From Hyaloraphidium curvatum SAG 235-1 (taxonomy: Eukaryota > Fungi > Monoblepharomycota), in contig JAIVFI010000017.1 of assembly GCA_025558095.1 (NCBI GenBank), positions 372,001 through 436,000 of the forward strand: 64,000 nucleotides of DNA, written 5' to 3'. The notes beneath the pieces are model-generated. The model was not told the DNA's origin. It searched no databases and saw nothing but the letters and a program-made list of their open reading frames with translations. Made by a program: the position numbers and the translations under genes. Of the stretch, positions 33,319-45,142 are shown one piece after another. Each line of letters starts with the position of its first letter. The first letter of the stretch is position 1.

Positions 33319-34755
33319 TCAGAAGAGTGGAATGTCGGTCGGATCTCCGGCAACGTAAACGTCCTCGGCGGTCAGTAGCTTCTCCCCCGCCTTGATCTGC
33401 TTGTCCAGCAGGACCATGGCTCGAGCTCCCCGCAACCGGAGCCCGACACCCTCAACGTCCCGCGGCACCTTGCATTCAGCCTCGCCGGGATTGATCCGAA
33501 TCAGGAAGCCCGCCCCATGCGCAGAGCGCACCAGCGATTCCGAGACGTTGCGCAGCACAGGGTTCGTCAAACCGGCACCGACTTCGATCACCACGATCCG
33601 CGGGGGTTCGTTTTCCATCACTGCCGTGAGCTCCCGGAGATGGGCATCAAAGCGATCCTTCTGCACATCCACGCGAGCGGTCTTGAACTCCGAGTCGCCC
33701 AGCATGAGTATGTTAGGCCGCATGATGGACCCACAAGAGGTACAGCGAGGGATTGTTTTGACGTCGGCAAGCATCGTCTCGCGATCCACCTTGACACCCA
33801 ACCGACCGTCCTCGCGGCCCACCGAGTCGCTGACCCGCGTTACTCCGCTGGTGCAGTTCTTGTCCAAGCAGGCCAGGTGGTTGATCGAGCCGTGTATCTC
33901 GAGGATATTTTCGGCAGGTAACCCAGCCCTGCGGAACAACCCCTCGATTTGAGTGGTGTATACGAAAGGTGGGAACCGCCTGGTGTTTGCGTAATTCAGG
34001 AGGACATGGTATCCTTCATGCGGTTGTGCTTCCAGAGCCCTGTCATATCTGGTCGCGTAAAAGGCCCACGCCATTCGTGGATTGGATCTGAACTTGGATA
34101 GAGAAGCCACATCGTACAGGGTCAATCCGAGTGCGGCGAACGCTGGGAAGGCCGCCGCGAAGCCTTCGGGCGTGCGTAGATCCGCGACGCCGGACTCGAA
34201 CGCAAAGCCAGCCCCAGCAGTTACGATGATCACGTCGGAGCGAGCGATTTGCACGGCCGCGGCATGCAGAGCGTCCCGCAGGGGTCTACTTGGAGGATGC
34301 TTCGCAGAATCCGACGTGACCGACCCATCGTCGGGCGCTGATCCGGAGGAGAACGTTCGAGACAGGGGAAGCGAGGTCCGAGAATAGCGGGGCAGGCTTC
34401 GTCCCGAAGACGCCTTAAAAGGGCGAGATACCGCCCATTCTAGGCCGGGAAAAGACACCGGCACTCGCTTGTTGTTGTGCTCAGGGTCGGAGCCCACGAT
34501 GTGCAGATAGACGGAGAGGCCGGAAGCAGCCAAAGCGGGAGACGGCTTGCGGGACGAGGCAGCCGACGCAGCCGACGCAGCTGTAGCAAATGCACGCGTC
34601 CTTTGAAGCACACCACCGAAAGGCACAGAGAGGCCCGCGGACGGGCCCGGAGGAGCAGGCTGTGGCGTCGACGTGGCGGTGAACCGGGGTCGCGTAGTTC
34701 TGGGGAGCTCCACCGGCCGGTAACAAGGGGCCAAGAGCCGCCAAGAACTGCGCAT
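33319..34755 (-). CDS. Divergent bacterial-type sirtuin (SIR2 family) with a presequence-like N-terminus
   Basis: VTAGAG, AWAFY, PHEGY, EIHGS, CLDKNC...CTSC, RPNILMLGD, IEVGAG, LIRINP. Confidence 0.85.
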   Translation of the reverse strand: MRSSWRLLAPCYRPVELPRTTRPRFTATSTPQPAPPGPSAGLSVPFGGVLQRTRAFATAASAASAASSRKPSPALAASGLSVYLHIVGSDPEHNNKRVPVSFPGLEWAVSRPFKASSGRSLPRYSRTSLPLSRTFSSGSAPDDGSVTSDSAKHPPSRPLRDALHAAAVQIARSDVIIVTAGAGFAFESGVADLRTPEGFAAAFPAFAALGLTLYDVASLSKFRSNPRMAWAFYATRYDRALEAQPHEGYHVLLNYANTRRFPPFVYTTQIEGLFRRAGLPAENILEIHGSINHLACLDKNCTSGVTRVSDSVGREDGRLGVKVDRETMLADVKTIPRCTSCGSIMRPNILMLGDSEFKTARVDVQKDRFDAHLRELTAVMENEPPRIVVIEVGAGLTNPVLRNVSESLVRSAHGAGFLIRINPGEAECKVPRDVEGVGLRLRGARAMVLLDKQIKAGEKLLTAEDVYVAGDPTDIPLF

Positions 34756-34939
34756 CGTGACTCGGCGACGTCGTTATCGCGGCTCAATCGAGCGGATTCG
34801 GAGTTGTAGGGCGCTTTGGCGCACTGTCGCCCGGGCAGGCTTCCCCCGGTCGGGGAGTGCACGCAACCCGCAGTCAACATCCTTCAGGGACCTCCGGCCC
34901 GATCGTCGTGATTTTTGAAGATCTATCAGAACAAGCCAG

Positions 34940-37127
34940 CTAAAATTTGAACTTCTCCTTCCCCTTCTTGTCCTTGTCCTTCTTCTCATCTGTGGTCTTC
35001 CGCCGCTTCGCCTGCTTCTGCGCGTGTTCCGCGACCAAATCGGAGAAGTCCTCCTCTTCCCCCCGCGAAGCCTGCTGGCTCTCGTCGTACTTGCGCCGGA
35101 TGGCGTCCTCGTCCAGCCCTTCTTCGAGGTCCTCCGGGTTGAAGGCCAGATCCACACCGTCACCCGCCGCCGCCTTCCGCTTCGAAGTCCCGCTTCCCAT
35201 CGCAGCCGCAGCCGCCAGCGCCGCGGCACTCGCCGCCGAACCGGGCCCTGCCTTCGGCAGCAATCCGCTCGTGGGAATCGCGGCCGTGGGAGCCTTGACG
35301 CCCCCGAGATCATAGACCCGCTCGGATCCCATGAAGCCGGAAATGTCCTGCTGTCGCTCCTGGATGACCTGGTAAAGCTGTTTCGGGCCATCGTCCTCCG
35401 CAGCCCTGCGAAAGGAGGAATGAGCGTGCGATCACAAGGAGGCACAACTCATCCCACCTCCTGGCATCCTTGCGAAGCTCCAGAAACTCGGGCGTCTCCA
35501 GGCCGCTGGGCACGGAACTCGCCAGGCCGCTCGGAGTCGCCAGACCGGCTGGCGTCTCGAGTCCGTCCTGCGAGTAGTTATCCCCGGCACCTTCGTCGGC
35601 CTCCTCCTCCTCGTCCTCCTCCTCTTCCTCGGCCTCCTCCTCTTCTTCCAGCTCACCCCAGGGCGTCTTCTCGATCGGGGCCATGTGCTGCGAATGAGCG
35701 GCCGAGGTTAGCAGAGGTATAGAGTGCCAGCCGCGAACGCGTTACCTCAAGATTCCTCTGCACATGGACCATGCCAAAAACGTCGCCGTAGAGGGGCCGT
35801 CCAAATTCGTCGACCGGCGGCTTTCCCCAGCCGCCCGGGTGGAATCCCCACTGCGCACCGTCGGGAATCGGGGCGTTCAGCCCGGGTATCCTCAAGTTTG
35901 GGTAGGAAGGAGGCGGGCCGTAGCGCTGCATGTTGACGAGCCACGGCGGCGGCGCCAAAGGGGGCATGCCCAAGGCCTCCTTGAGCTCGTCGCTCAGATG
36001 CCCCGGCTTCTTCTCCTTGAGCTTCGCCTCGAACTCCTTCCCCTCGTAGTAAAGATCGCCGTGAGTCGTAAGGTACGGCTTCGTTTGCCACTTGAAGAAG
36101 GCGTCGTGCATCTTTTGGTAGTCGATGTTCAGCTTGTTCATTTTCGGCTGATGCCGCTCCCTCGTCTTGGACTTGAGCTTCGCGGCATCCTCCTTCTCCT
36201 TTGTCGCAGCACGCATCTCCATGATCCCCGTCGCTTTGATGAAATCTGACCGCCGGAGAACGACAGTCAGCGGGATGGATCCGCGCTATAGCCTTGCATA
36301 CCCACCAGGAAGCTCAAAAGGAGGTTTCTCGATGCCCCTCTTCCCCTGCAAGTATTTGCGCTTCTGATTCCAGTGCGCCGGGAGAGGTACCGTATTCCGC
36401 AGGGATTTGAGGTGGACCAGCAGCTTCGGGTCCGCCGCGGTGACATCGACCCACTGCCGGCAAAAGCGTGTCACAAATGTGCCATCAGAGATGACAACGT
36501 CCAACGACCCACCTCGACGACCTCGGGTTTCTTCACCAGCTGTTTCAGCTCCGCGACCGTGAGCCGATTCAACCGCCGTATCTTGGCCTTGCTCATGGCT
36601 GGCTTCTGCTCATCCTCCTTTCCTTCCTCAGGCTTTGCTTCGTCGTCGTCCGAAAGCAGCGCTTTCCGCTCCTTTTCCTCCTCCGTCTCCTGCTTCTCGC
36701 CCGAAGGCTCCCCGAAAACCGAGCCATTTTCCGCTCCCTCCTTGGGCAGCGAGAACCGCTCGAAAACCGATGCAAACTCGGCAAAAGCCGGATCGTCCGA
36801 CGGAATGGTCAGAGGCGGCGCGACGTACTCGATTTCGACGTCGAGGTCGACCTGAAGAGGGGACATCGTTGCAGGCGGGAAACGACACAACCCGACGCGA
36901 CCCACGGTGCCGGTGTCGTCCTCGTCCGTCTCGCTCGCGGCATAGCTCCGACCGTTCGCGCGGCGCGCGGCTCTCCGCTTCTTCTTCTTCCGCGATTTGT
37001 CGGTCCGGCCCGCGGTCGTGACTGACGCTGTCTCCGAGTCGGACGCGTGCGGGTCGCGCGCCGCCTCGAACGACCGGCCGGCCAGTTGCGGGAGCGAAGA
37101 AGAGTCGATGATGCGCGCCGAGCTCAT
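34940..37127 (-). CDS. SF3B2: Splicing factor 3B subunit 2 (SAP145/Cus1)
   Basis: RLTVAELKQLVKKPEVVE, NTVPLPAHWNQKRKYLQGKRGIEKPPFELP, PPPWLVNMQRYGPPPSYP, GGWGKPPVDEFGRPLYGDVFG, C-terminal KFKF. Confidence 0.96.
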
Positions 37128-37432
37128 TGCGACTGACAGGCGGGGGTTTCGCGTGCAGTAGGTTGGGCCGGCAGTACAGCCAAGCGAAAGATGATGATCT
37201 CCTGCAGACGCACTGCGCACTTCAAAGACTCGGCCGTTGTCGCCCAAACTACATCAGAGAACATCAAAGGGAAATAGAAACGCCTATCCTCGCTCATACA
37301 GTGGCTCTCCGGGGTCCTTCGCTCGCTTCGACCTCAGCTTCGCGGCAGAGTCGGCTTGCGGCCTCGCAAAGCGGATCCATCCGCCTCCTCGGCTTCAGCG
37401 TTCATATCCAGTGTATATCCTCGTGCTCTTCC

Positions 37433-37900
37433 TCAGCAGTCCTCAACGCCGTGGATGACATGCTTGCACATGAGCATCGTGGATGGTTCGAAGTGGTCTG
37501 CGGGATCAGTCAGTTGAACACTGGTAAAATGCTGCCAGCTGTACCCACAGGTGACGTCGACAAGCTTCCCGGCGGGAGGCATGTTGGGATTTCGCAGCTT
37601 CACGCGCAAGGCATTCGGGGCCTCGTGCATCTCCACAACGGAGACTGGGGCCGACCCTCCTCCAAAATCCATCTCGTACATCGGCTGAAACAACGCAATG
37701 TAAGCAGGAAGAAACACCGTAGTTTGAGAGGAAACAAAGAGGAGGCCAAGGCAGGGGCCCACCTTGAGATTCTCCACGCCTCGGGCAAGCTCGTGTTCGC
37801 CGAGAACGACGATGCAGTCCGGCTTCAAGTGAGCCAAAACCCCAGCCAGGTCGCGCGAGTTGTAAGCCTGAAGGTAATCTTTGAATGCGGCCTCCGCCAT
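37433..37900 (-). CDS. Small SnoaL/NTF2-like protein
   Basis: YLQAYNSRDLAGVLAHLKPDC N-terminal helix pattern; two GT-AG introns. Confidence 0.7.
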   Translation of the reverse strand: MAEAAFKDYLQAYNSRDLAGVLAHLKPDCIVVLGEHELARGVENLKVGPCLGLLFVSSQTTVFLPAYIALFQPMYEMDFGGGSAPVSVVEMHEAPNALRVKLRNPNMPPAGKLVDVTCGYSWQHFTSVQLTDPADHFEPSTMLMCKHVIHGVEDC

Positions 37901-38048
37901 TTGGCCTGAATGGTGTGCGTCCGCCCGGTGGAGCAATGTTGTTTTTGGCCTCGCTCCGGACAGGCCTGCCCGCACGTAACCTGGGAGCCTGAAAGGCATC
38001 CCGAATCTGGTTCCTACTCATACGTATGCAAGCCAAAACTTACAAGCG

Positions 38049-40805
38049 CTACGATGGCCTATAGCTCCGAGGTAACGAGCTCCGCCGCGGGATCCCCTTG
38101 GTGGCGCCGGCGAAAGAGTCTGCCCTCATGGACGCCGCGTCGAACGTGCCGTCCTCGATCGAGAGGGCAAGTGAAGCGACGATCTCGTCGAGGCGTTTCC
38201 GAACGTCGTCTGCATTGCCCGCTGGCAGCGTCCGATAGTGCACCTCGCTCCGCGTATGCGTTGGAGGCGGCAAGATTACCACTGGCGGACCCGAAGCAGC
38301 AGGATGCGCCGGCGGGTCCGTGAGCGAACCCCCGGGAGGCAGGGCCGTCTCCGAGGACCGCCGAGCCGGATCGTGCCCGTGCAAAGTTCCGTCCGAGCCC
38401 TCGCTTCGCGCGGTGGTCCCCGTCCTATCCCGCGGGTTCGCGGTGAGCAACGAATAGAGCGCCTTCATCTCGCGGTAGCTCTCGAGCTCCGCCCAGGACG
38501 AGGGGAGCGTTCGCGCCTTCATTCCAAAGGAGGCGCAGTTGCCTGCGAGGGTGATCAAGGCGAGAGTGTCGGTGAGCTTGGCCTCGACGAGGATCGCAAT
38601 ACCGACGCAAATCAGAGGTACCTCGCGCACCAACTGGGAAGAGTCAGGCATAGAGACGATCCGACGCTGCATGTGTCACCCACCAATGCGACACGGTAGA
38701 GAATCTCGCGTGCGCACACGAGACGCAGCCTGAGTATCTCGCTCTTGATGTAGGCAATCTGCCAAACGACGGGCCTCACAAGGCCCTCGATGGAGTTTGC
38801 GGGCACGTCCATGGACGTAGCTCGCTGATACACGGCCGAAAGAACGGCCGCAAAGAAGTTCAAAGCAAAGAACACCGTCGCAACGATGACGAGGGCGCCG
38901 TAGACAGCGGAGAGTGTGAGTCCGGTGGGAAAAGAGCCGAAGCTGTACCAGTTGAGCGACAGAGTGATGGCATCGACGAGCGTCCGGAAAGCCAGGAACA
39001 AGATGGACAGCATCAAGCTGTTTGCCTTTCGGTGCTTCACGGCGATTGGCTGTGCAACGAAAGCTCGCGAGCCGCCCGCGCCAGTGGCGGTAGAGTCGGC
39101 GCCCTTCTCGGGAGCCTTCTCCAGGTCCGACGCAGTGGCTTCAGCCGTCTTGCGGCTGGCGAACGGGGATCGTGGCTCCTCGGTCGCAAGGCGTTCCGCA
39201 TCCCCGCGTGTCCACAGGTCCTGGTCGTACTCCACGGGTCCGACCACTGCGCGCAGTCCGCCCGTCCAAGACCGCACGAGTCTCGTTTGGTAGATGGCGG
39301 GATCGACTGCCGTGGTCACTGCGGCCGCATCCCCGTCCTCCCACCACCTTCCCTTTTCCTCAAAGGTCCAACGGGCCTCCGCACGGCGGTTCAGGTCCTC
39401 GTCCAGCTCCCGCTGCGTCTTCATGGTCGCCTCACCGGGCAGCGCGACCGCGACGGATTCTCCCGTACCGAGCAGCCGCCGCCGCTTCTTTTCTTGCCAG
39501 GCATACCATCCCCACACGCCGGCCGCCGTAGCCAGGACGAGGCCGGCGGCAATGCACGCGGAGATGAGGAAGATCTTGGATTTGGTGTCCGCGTTCTCGT
39601 TGGCGACGTCCGTCTTCACCTGCTCGAGAATGCGGATGCCGTTGGTGCAGGTGAGGCTGTCCAGGACGGCCATTCCGATGGGGAATAACGCCGAGATGGG
39701 CACGAAACCGTTCTCCATCACCACGTCGGCGGCCTCTTGAGGTGGAGTCTCGTAGCCCCAGTATAGATAGCGCACTAACGTGCATAGGGAGGTGCACGTT
39801 AGGCCATGCCAGACTTCGCGACGCAATCCGGGACCCACCGAGCTCGTACGCGTCGCTGCAGCTCGGCGGATGGTGCTGCCTCACTGCGACGTAGATCGGG
39901 CCCACGAGCGGGTAGCTGAAGAGCCCACGGCCGTTGACCATGGAAACGTAGCTGTTGTAGACCGGCACCTTGTCGACCATGTTGGAAAAGTCGTTGACCG
40001 CTGCGGCGAGGTGCAGCGGCAAGGGCGACACGAAGAGGCTCGCGGCGTTCTGGAGCTTGGACGTCGACAGCTTGAATGCGTTGGCCGTGCCAATGTCGAG
40101 GAAGCCGACGGCATACGGGCGAAAGAGGAGCTCGCCGGGCAGGTCGTCGCTGCTGAAGCCGTGGCTCGCAGGGAGGATGCCCAGGCTTCCGTAGTGCGTC
40201 ACGGTCCCGTGGGTGCGGTTCCACTCCGAGCTGATCTGCGACAGCGCAGCCGTGAGGATGCGCGCCTCCCCGGAGGAGGTGCTCGAGAGGTATAGCACGT
40301 CCAGCCGAGTCGAGGCCGTCCCGTTGGCCGGAAGGACCGAGGCCAGGTACGGGTTCCAGCTCAGTATCCGGCGGTCCCGGACGTCGGTGATGTTGCCGTT
40401 AAAGAGACCGAGCAGGGCCTCCTGGGATACGTTGAGAGAGTATCCCGAGCCACGGAGCTCCCGGATGTTGTACACGATGGCCACACCGCCCGCGAGGGCC
40501 GGAATCAGGCGCACGCCTTCGGCGAGGTCCTGCTCGCTGAGCGGAACGTCGACAGCGGCCCATGCCATCGAGCCGTTGCGCAGCGCCAGCAATCCTTCCC
40601 CGGAAGAGCTTTCCGTGTACGGTACGGCTAAGGCTACCCCACGGAACACCTGGGTGACTGGATATAGATAAGACAAGGCCTTGTAGGGCTCGGCGATGTA
40701 GGGCGTGCCGGTCCCGCGCAAGTTAATCTTCTCCGAGGCATCGGCGCCGGCGGCGGAGGCTGCGAGCAGGAGCAACGGAAAGAGGAGGGGGCGGCGCGCG
40801 CGCAT
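38049..40805 (-). CDS. Membrane protein with an extracellular PstS-like (PBP type 2) domain and ~5 TM helices
   Basis: Signal peptide; LRGTG, SSSGEG, AWAAVDVPLS, IPALAGGVAIVYNI, LFNGNIT, SYPLVG; TM followed by KKRRR; further TMs; two GTGGGT-AG introns. Confidence 0.8.
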
Positions 40806-41165
40806 CTCTGAGGGCGGCCCTCGAGACGAGGGCGCGGTGCGGGCGGCGAAAGTGCGGCTCAGCGCGGTGAAACTGCAGAGAAAGCGCCGGAGCGCATCCG
40901 CGGTTTGGGGTTTGGAGGGGATGTCCTCGATGACGTCTTGATCGTGGGTGCTAGAAGAAGGCGCAGCTGCGTCAGCCCCGCCGTCTCCTCGGATCCTTGA
41001 GTCAAATTCGCGAACGATCAGGATCGAGGCGAAACGGTCTCGATTCTCTAATTCATCCATCTAAACATCAAGCCCGAATTGGGCCGTAGGATTGAGGCCC
41101 GCACGAACTCGCAAAACCCGTGCAATAAGTCTACACACCAGGGAACAGCAGAGCACCACGGGAAG

Positions 41166-41811
41166 CTACTTTCCCTCGTTGAGCTTCCTTTCCAGATCGC
41201 GCAGCACCCTCAGGCTCTCGTCCATTTCCGCCTTTTCCAATCTGGGGCCGCGGGGAACGCAATTGGCAGTCACCAGTGGTCAGCTGAACGACAGTACCGC
41301 GGCCAACTGAAGCCCACCTCGGTGCGGGAGGCGGCTCGAGCCCCCTTCGCAGCATCTCCCGCGTCAGCTCGTCCCTGCGCTCCTTGAACTCCTCCCAGGA
41401 CTCCTCGTACGTGTCCCACACGCAGTGCGCGCAGCCCGATCCGCAGCACGTATCGGGCCGCTCCGGCGGCCGCATATGGCGCAGCAGGTACTCGATGACC
41501 GGGGTCGACAGCCGGTCGAGCTCGGCGGGCGACGCGGTGGTCATGGTGGAGGACGGGTGGGCGGGCGGGATGCCGCCGAGGTAGCGCGGCCCCGGCACTT
41601 CGGTCGCCGTCTGAAGGGGATCGTCGCGCACGGGGGCCGAGGGCTGCGGCGGGGCCGGGTCCGGCCGGGGCGGCGACTCCGGCGCGGCCTGCGAGGAAGC
41701 GGGCCGCCGCGTGCAGCCGGCGGCCGGAGGGGGCAACAAGCGCCGCCGGGCGCCAAGCCGCGGTGTCCGCAGGGCGTGCAGACGTGTCCGGACGAGCCGA
41801 ATGCCGTCCAT
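41166..41811 (-). CDS. Oxidoreductase-like domain protein (OXLD1/UPF0651 type), probably mitochondrial
   Basis: PPERPDTCCGSGCAHCVWDTY; Arg-rich presequence; last exon MDESLRVLRDLERKL. Confidence 0.85.
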
Positions 41812-41887
41812 CGGTGTGCGTTCGGGCGATCGGAGTCGCAAGCGCGTTGGCGTCGGAAGCGTCGCCGCCGTAAACACAACACACCCG

Positions 41888-43703
41888 ATGCTGCCCCGCG
41901 CGCTGTGGGCCGCGGCCGCGCGGCCCGGCGTCGCGCCGCGGTGGGCCGCCTTTGCTCGCCGCGGCCTCGCCACGGCGGCGCGCGCCGCGCACGAGCCGTC
42001 CTTCACCGCGCCGCCGGCGACGACCCGCGTCACCACGCTTCCGAACGGCCTGCGCGTCGCCACGGAGGACCTGCCCGGCCACTTCTACGCGGTCGGCGTG
42101 TACGTCGACGCGGGCACGCGCAACGAGTGCGACGCGGGCGCGGCCGGCCCCGGATCGGTCAGCACCGAGGGCGTGGCACATCTGCTGGACAGGATGGCCT
42201 TCAAGGTGGGCTCTCTGCGCAGGATATCCAGATCGGCACATCGCTGGCATGCCGAAGGCCCGTGATCTCTGCGGAACGCGGTGTCAATGCCGCCGCCTGC
42301 GATCTGGCGTCCCGTCCCACCAACTGACGCCGTTCCGTTTACAGTCGACCGAGAACCACACATCGTCGGACCTGGTCCAACAGTTTGAGCTGTTGGGCGG
42401 CAACGTCGTCGCGCACTCGTCGCGCGAGTCCATCATCTACCAGGCCTGCGTCTTCCCCAAGGATCTGGAGACCATTGTCCGCCTCTTCTCCGAGGTCATC
42501 CTGCGGCCGGCCATGATCCCGTCGGAGCTGGACGAGGTCCGCGAATCGACGCTTTGGGAGATTGGCGAGCTGCAGAACAAGCCCGACATGGTGCTCCCCG
42601 AGATCCTCCACCAGGTCGCCTATGGCGGCAAGGACGGCCACCCCAACACCGTGGGCCGCCCACTGCTCGTCAGCCCGGAACGGCTGCAGAGCATATCCGT
42701 GGATGCGATCCAGGAGTTCCGACAGCAGTGGTTCACGCCGAACCGGATGGTGGTCGCCGGGATCGGCATGCCGCACGACGAGCTGGTCAAGCTCGCCGAG
42801 GCGCACTTTGGCTCGATGAAGGCCCCGAGCCAGGACCTGCTGGCGAGCCAGTCGCGGCTCGCCCTGCCTGCGACCTACACGGGCGGTGTGCTCCACATCA
42901 ACACCCTGGAGCACCCGCTGCCCCCCGCCAACCCCGACCACCCGCACCTGACCCACGTCCACATCGCCTTCGAGGCCCTCCCCATGACGGACCCGGACAT
43001 CTATCCGCTGGCGACGCTCAACACCATGATGGGCGGCGGCGGCTCCTTCTCGGCCGGCGGCCCCGGCAAGGGCATGTACTCGCGGCTGTACACGCGCGTG
43101 CTCAACCGGCACCACTGGATGGAGAACTGCCAGATGTTCAACTTCTCCTACCTGGACACGGGCCTCTTCGGCATCCAGGCCAGCGTGCCCAGCGAGCGCG
43201 GCGCCCACGCGCGCGTGCTGGGCGTGCTGTGCGAGCAGCTACAGGGCATGACGGAGCGCATCGGCGCCGAGGAGCTTCAGCGGGCAAAGAACCAGCTGCG
43301 GTCCAACCTGCTCATGTCGCTCGAGAGCAAGGTGGTGGAGCTCGAGGACGTGGGGCGGCAGGTGCTTGCGCACGGCCGCCGCGTGGGCGCGTTCGAAATG
43401 TGCGAGCTGATCGGCAGGATCACGGAGGACGACGTGCGCAGGGTGGCCAGGCGCACGGTGTGGGGGATGGACCTGCCGGCGTCCACGGTGGGACCGAACG
43501 CGCATCCGGCGCTAAGGGACTCGAAGCCGTCGATCAGGACCGGCACGGGGGAGCCGACCGTGGTGGTGCAGGCGCCGCTGAAGCAGGGCGATCCGCTCTG
43601 GGATGTTGAGGCCACGTTCAAGCAGTACCGGATCGGGAGGAAGAACAGCGGGCTCGGCAAGATTCCGGGACTGAGGAGGTTGTTCGGGCGGGCGGAGGCG
43701 TGA
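41888..43703 (+). CDS. MAS2: Mitochondrial processing peptidase alpha subunit
   Basis: TTLPNGLRVA, GVAHLLDRMAFK, MGGGGSFSAGGPGKGMYSRLY, ELQRAKNQLRSNLLMSLES; 1 intron. Confidence 0.95.
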
Positions 43704-43791
43704 TTTGTTGGCAGCCCCGGTCAATACATCCCCCATCGCGAGCGGAGTGATGTGTCGGCGCGCCGAGCCACCCACTCCACCTCTTCGCGCG

Positions 43792-45106
43792 ATGCGCGCG
43801 AACGCGGCACTTGCGACGTGTTTGACCCGTCCGAGGCCGCGTTTGAGACGGATCCCGACGGCGCAGAGCGTGTGCTGCGCGGGATTACTGCCTCCGGCGC
43901 CATCCGAGCGCCCTCCCGTGCTCGCTCAGCGCCGGACCTACGCGAAGCACAGCTTCACGGCCGCTCCCGTTGATCTCGCCTTCGACGAATATGGTCCCGA
44001 GCTTACGGCGGATCGGACCGCGCCGATTGTCATCCTGCATGGCTTGTTTGGCTCGAAACGCAACTGGCGCGGCCCGGCAAAGGCTCTGGCTTCAAAGGCC
44101 AAGACGCACGTCTTTGCGCTGGATCTGAGGAACCATGGGAACTCTCCGCACACTGCCGACATGGATTACGAATCGATGGCCAGGTGTGCGACGCCACTGG
44201 ACTTGAAATACTTGGGTCTCTCATGTCCCCTGTCTCTCTCTCCTTCCTGCTCTTGCGCTGCAGCGACGTGGCGCACTTCATAGAGTCCAAGGGGCTTCCT
44301 CCACCGACCTTGCTAGGGCACTCCATGGGAGGAAAGGTCGCCATGACCCTCGGGTCGGTTGACTTTGTCCGCCAGCCTCACGCGGGCTTCTGACTAGCGA
44401 CCAACCTCCCGATTGTGACCAGGCTCCGGAATTCGAAATTGACGCACTCGCTTATCGTCGCCGACATGGCTCCAGTGGCTACGAAGCCCACGTCGTTGTT
44501 TCAGAACTACGCCAGGGCCCTCCGGAAGCTGGCAGCCGCAAAGCCCGACGATCTGAAGCACGCGGACCAGCTTCTTGCGGCTGATGTTCCGGTGAGGCAC
44601 GCCGCTCGCGGTGGGCGCTGGCCATCTTAATACTTTTCAACCAGGAAAAGGGCATCCGGGCTTTCCTCCTCACCAACTTCCAACCCGATGCCACCCTCGG
44701 GCACCTAGTTCCCCTTCCAAACCTCGACGCGATCGCCCAACATCTGGACAACATCTTTGATTTCCCCGAGGGCAAAAGTCCCACCTCGCACTACAACAAG
44801 CCGTGCCTCTTCATCGCCGGCGCCAACAGCAACTACGTCAATCCGTCCCACAAGGACATCTATGCCAAGCTTTTCCCCACCGTAGAGATTGTGCAGATCG
44901 CCGGCGCAGGGTGAGTCGGTTTCACGCGCATGTTGCTTGCTGCTGACCATCGCGCAAGACACTGGATCCATGCTGACAAGCCTCATGAGTTTATAGACAC
45001 GGTGGTCCGGTTCATAGGCCACGGGCACAGGCCGGACCGCGTTGTCGTGACGGACAAGGAACGGTTCAGCTCCCACAGCCACGCTCCCCATGATCGGCGC
45101 AAATAG
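43792..45106 (+). CDS. Alpha/beta hydrolase ABHD11/Imo32/YbfF-like
   Basis: ILHGLFGSKRNW, DLRNHGNSP, GHSMGGK, ADMAP, GHWIHADKP; 4 introns. Confidence 0.9.
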
Positions 45107-45142
45107 AACCATAGATCATCGTGCGTACATACTGCCATGATG

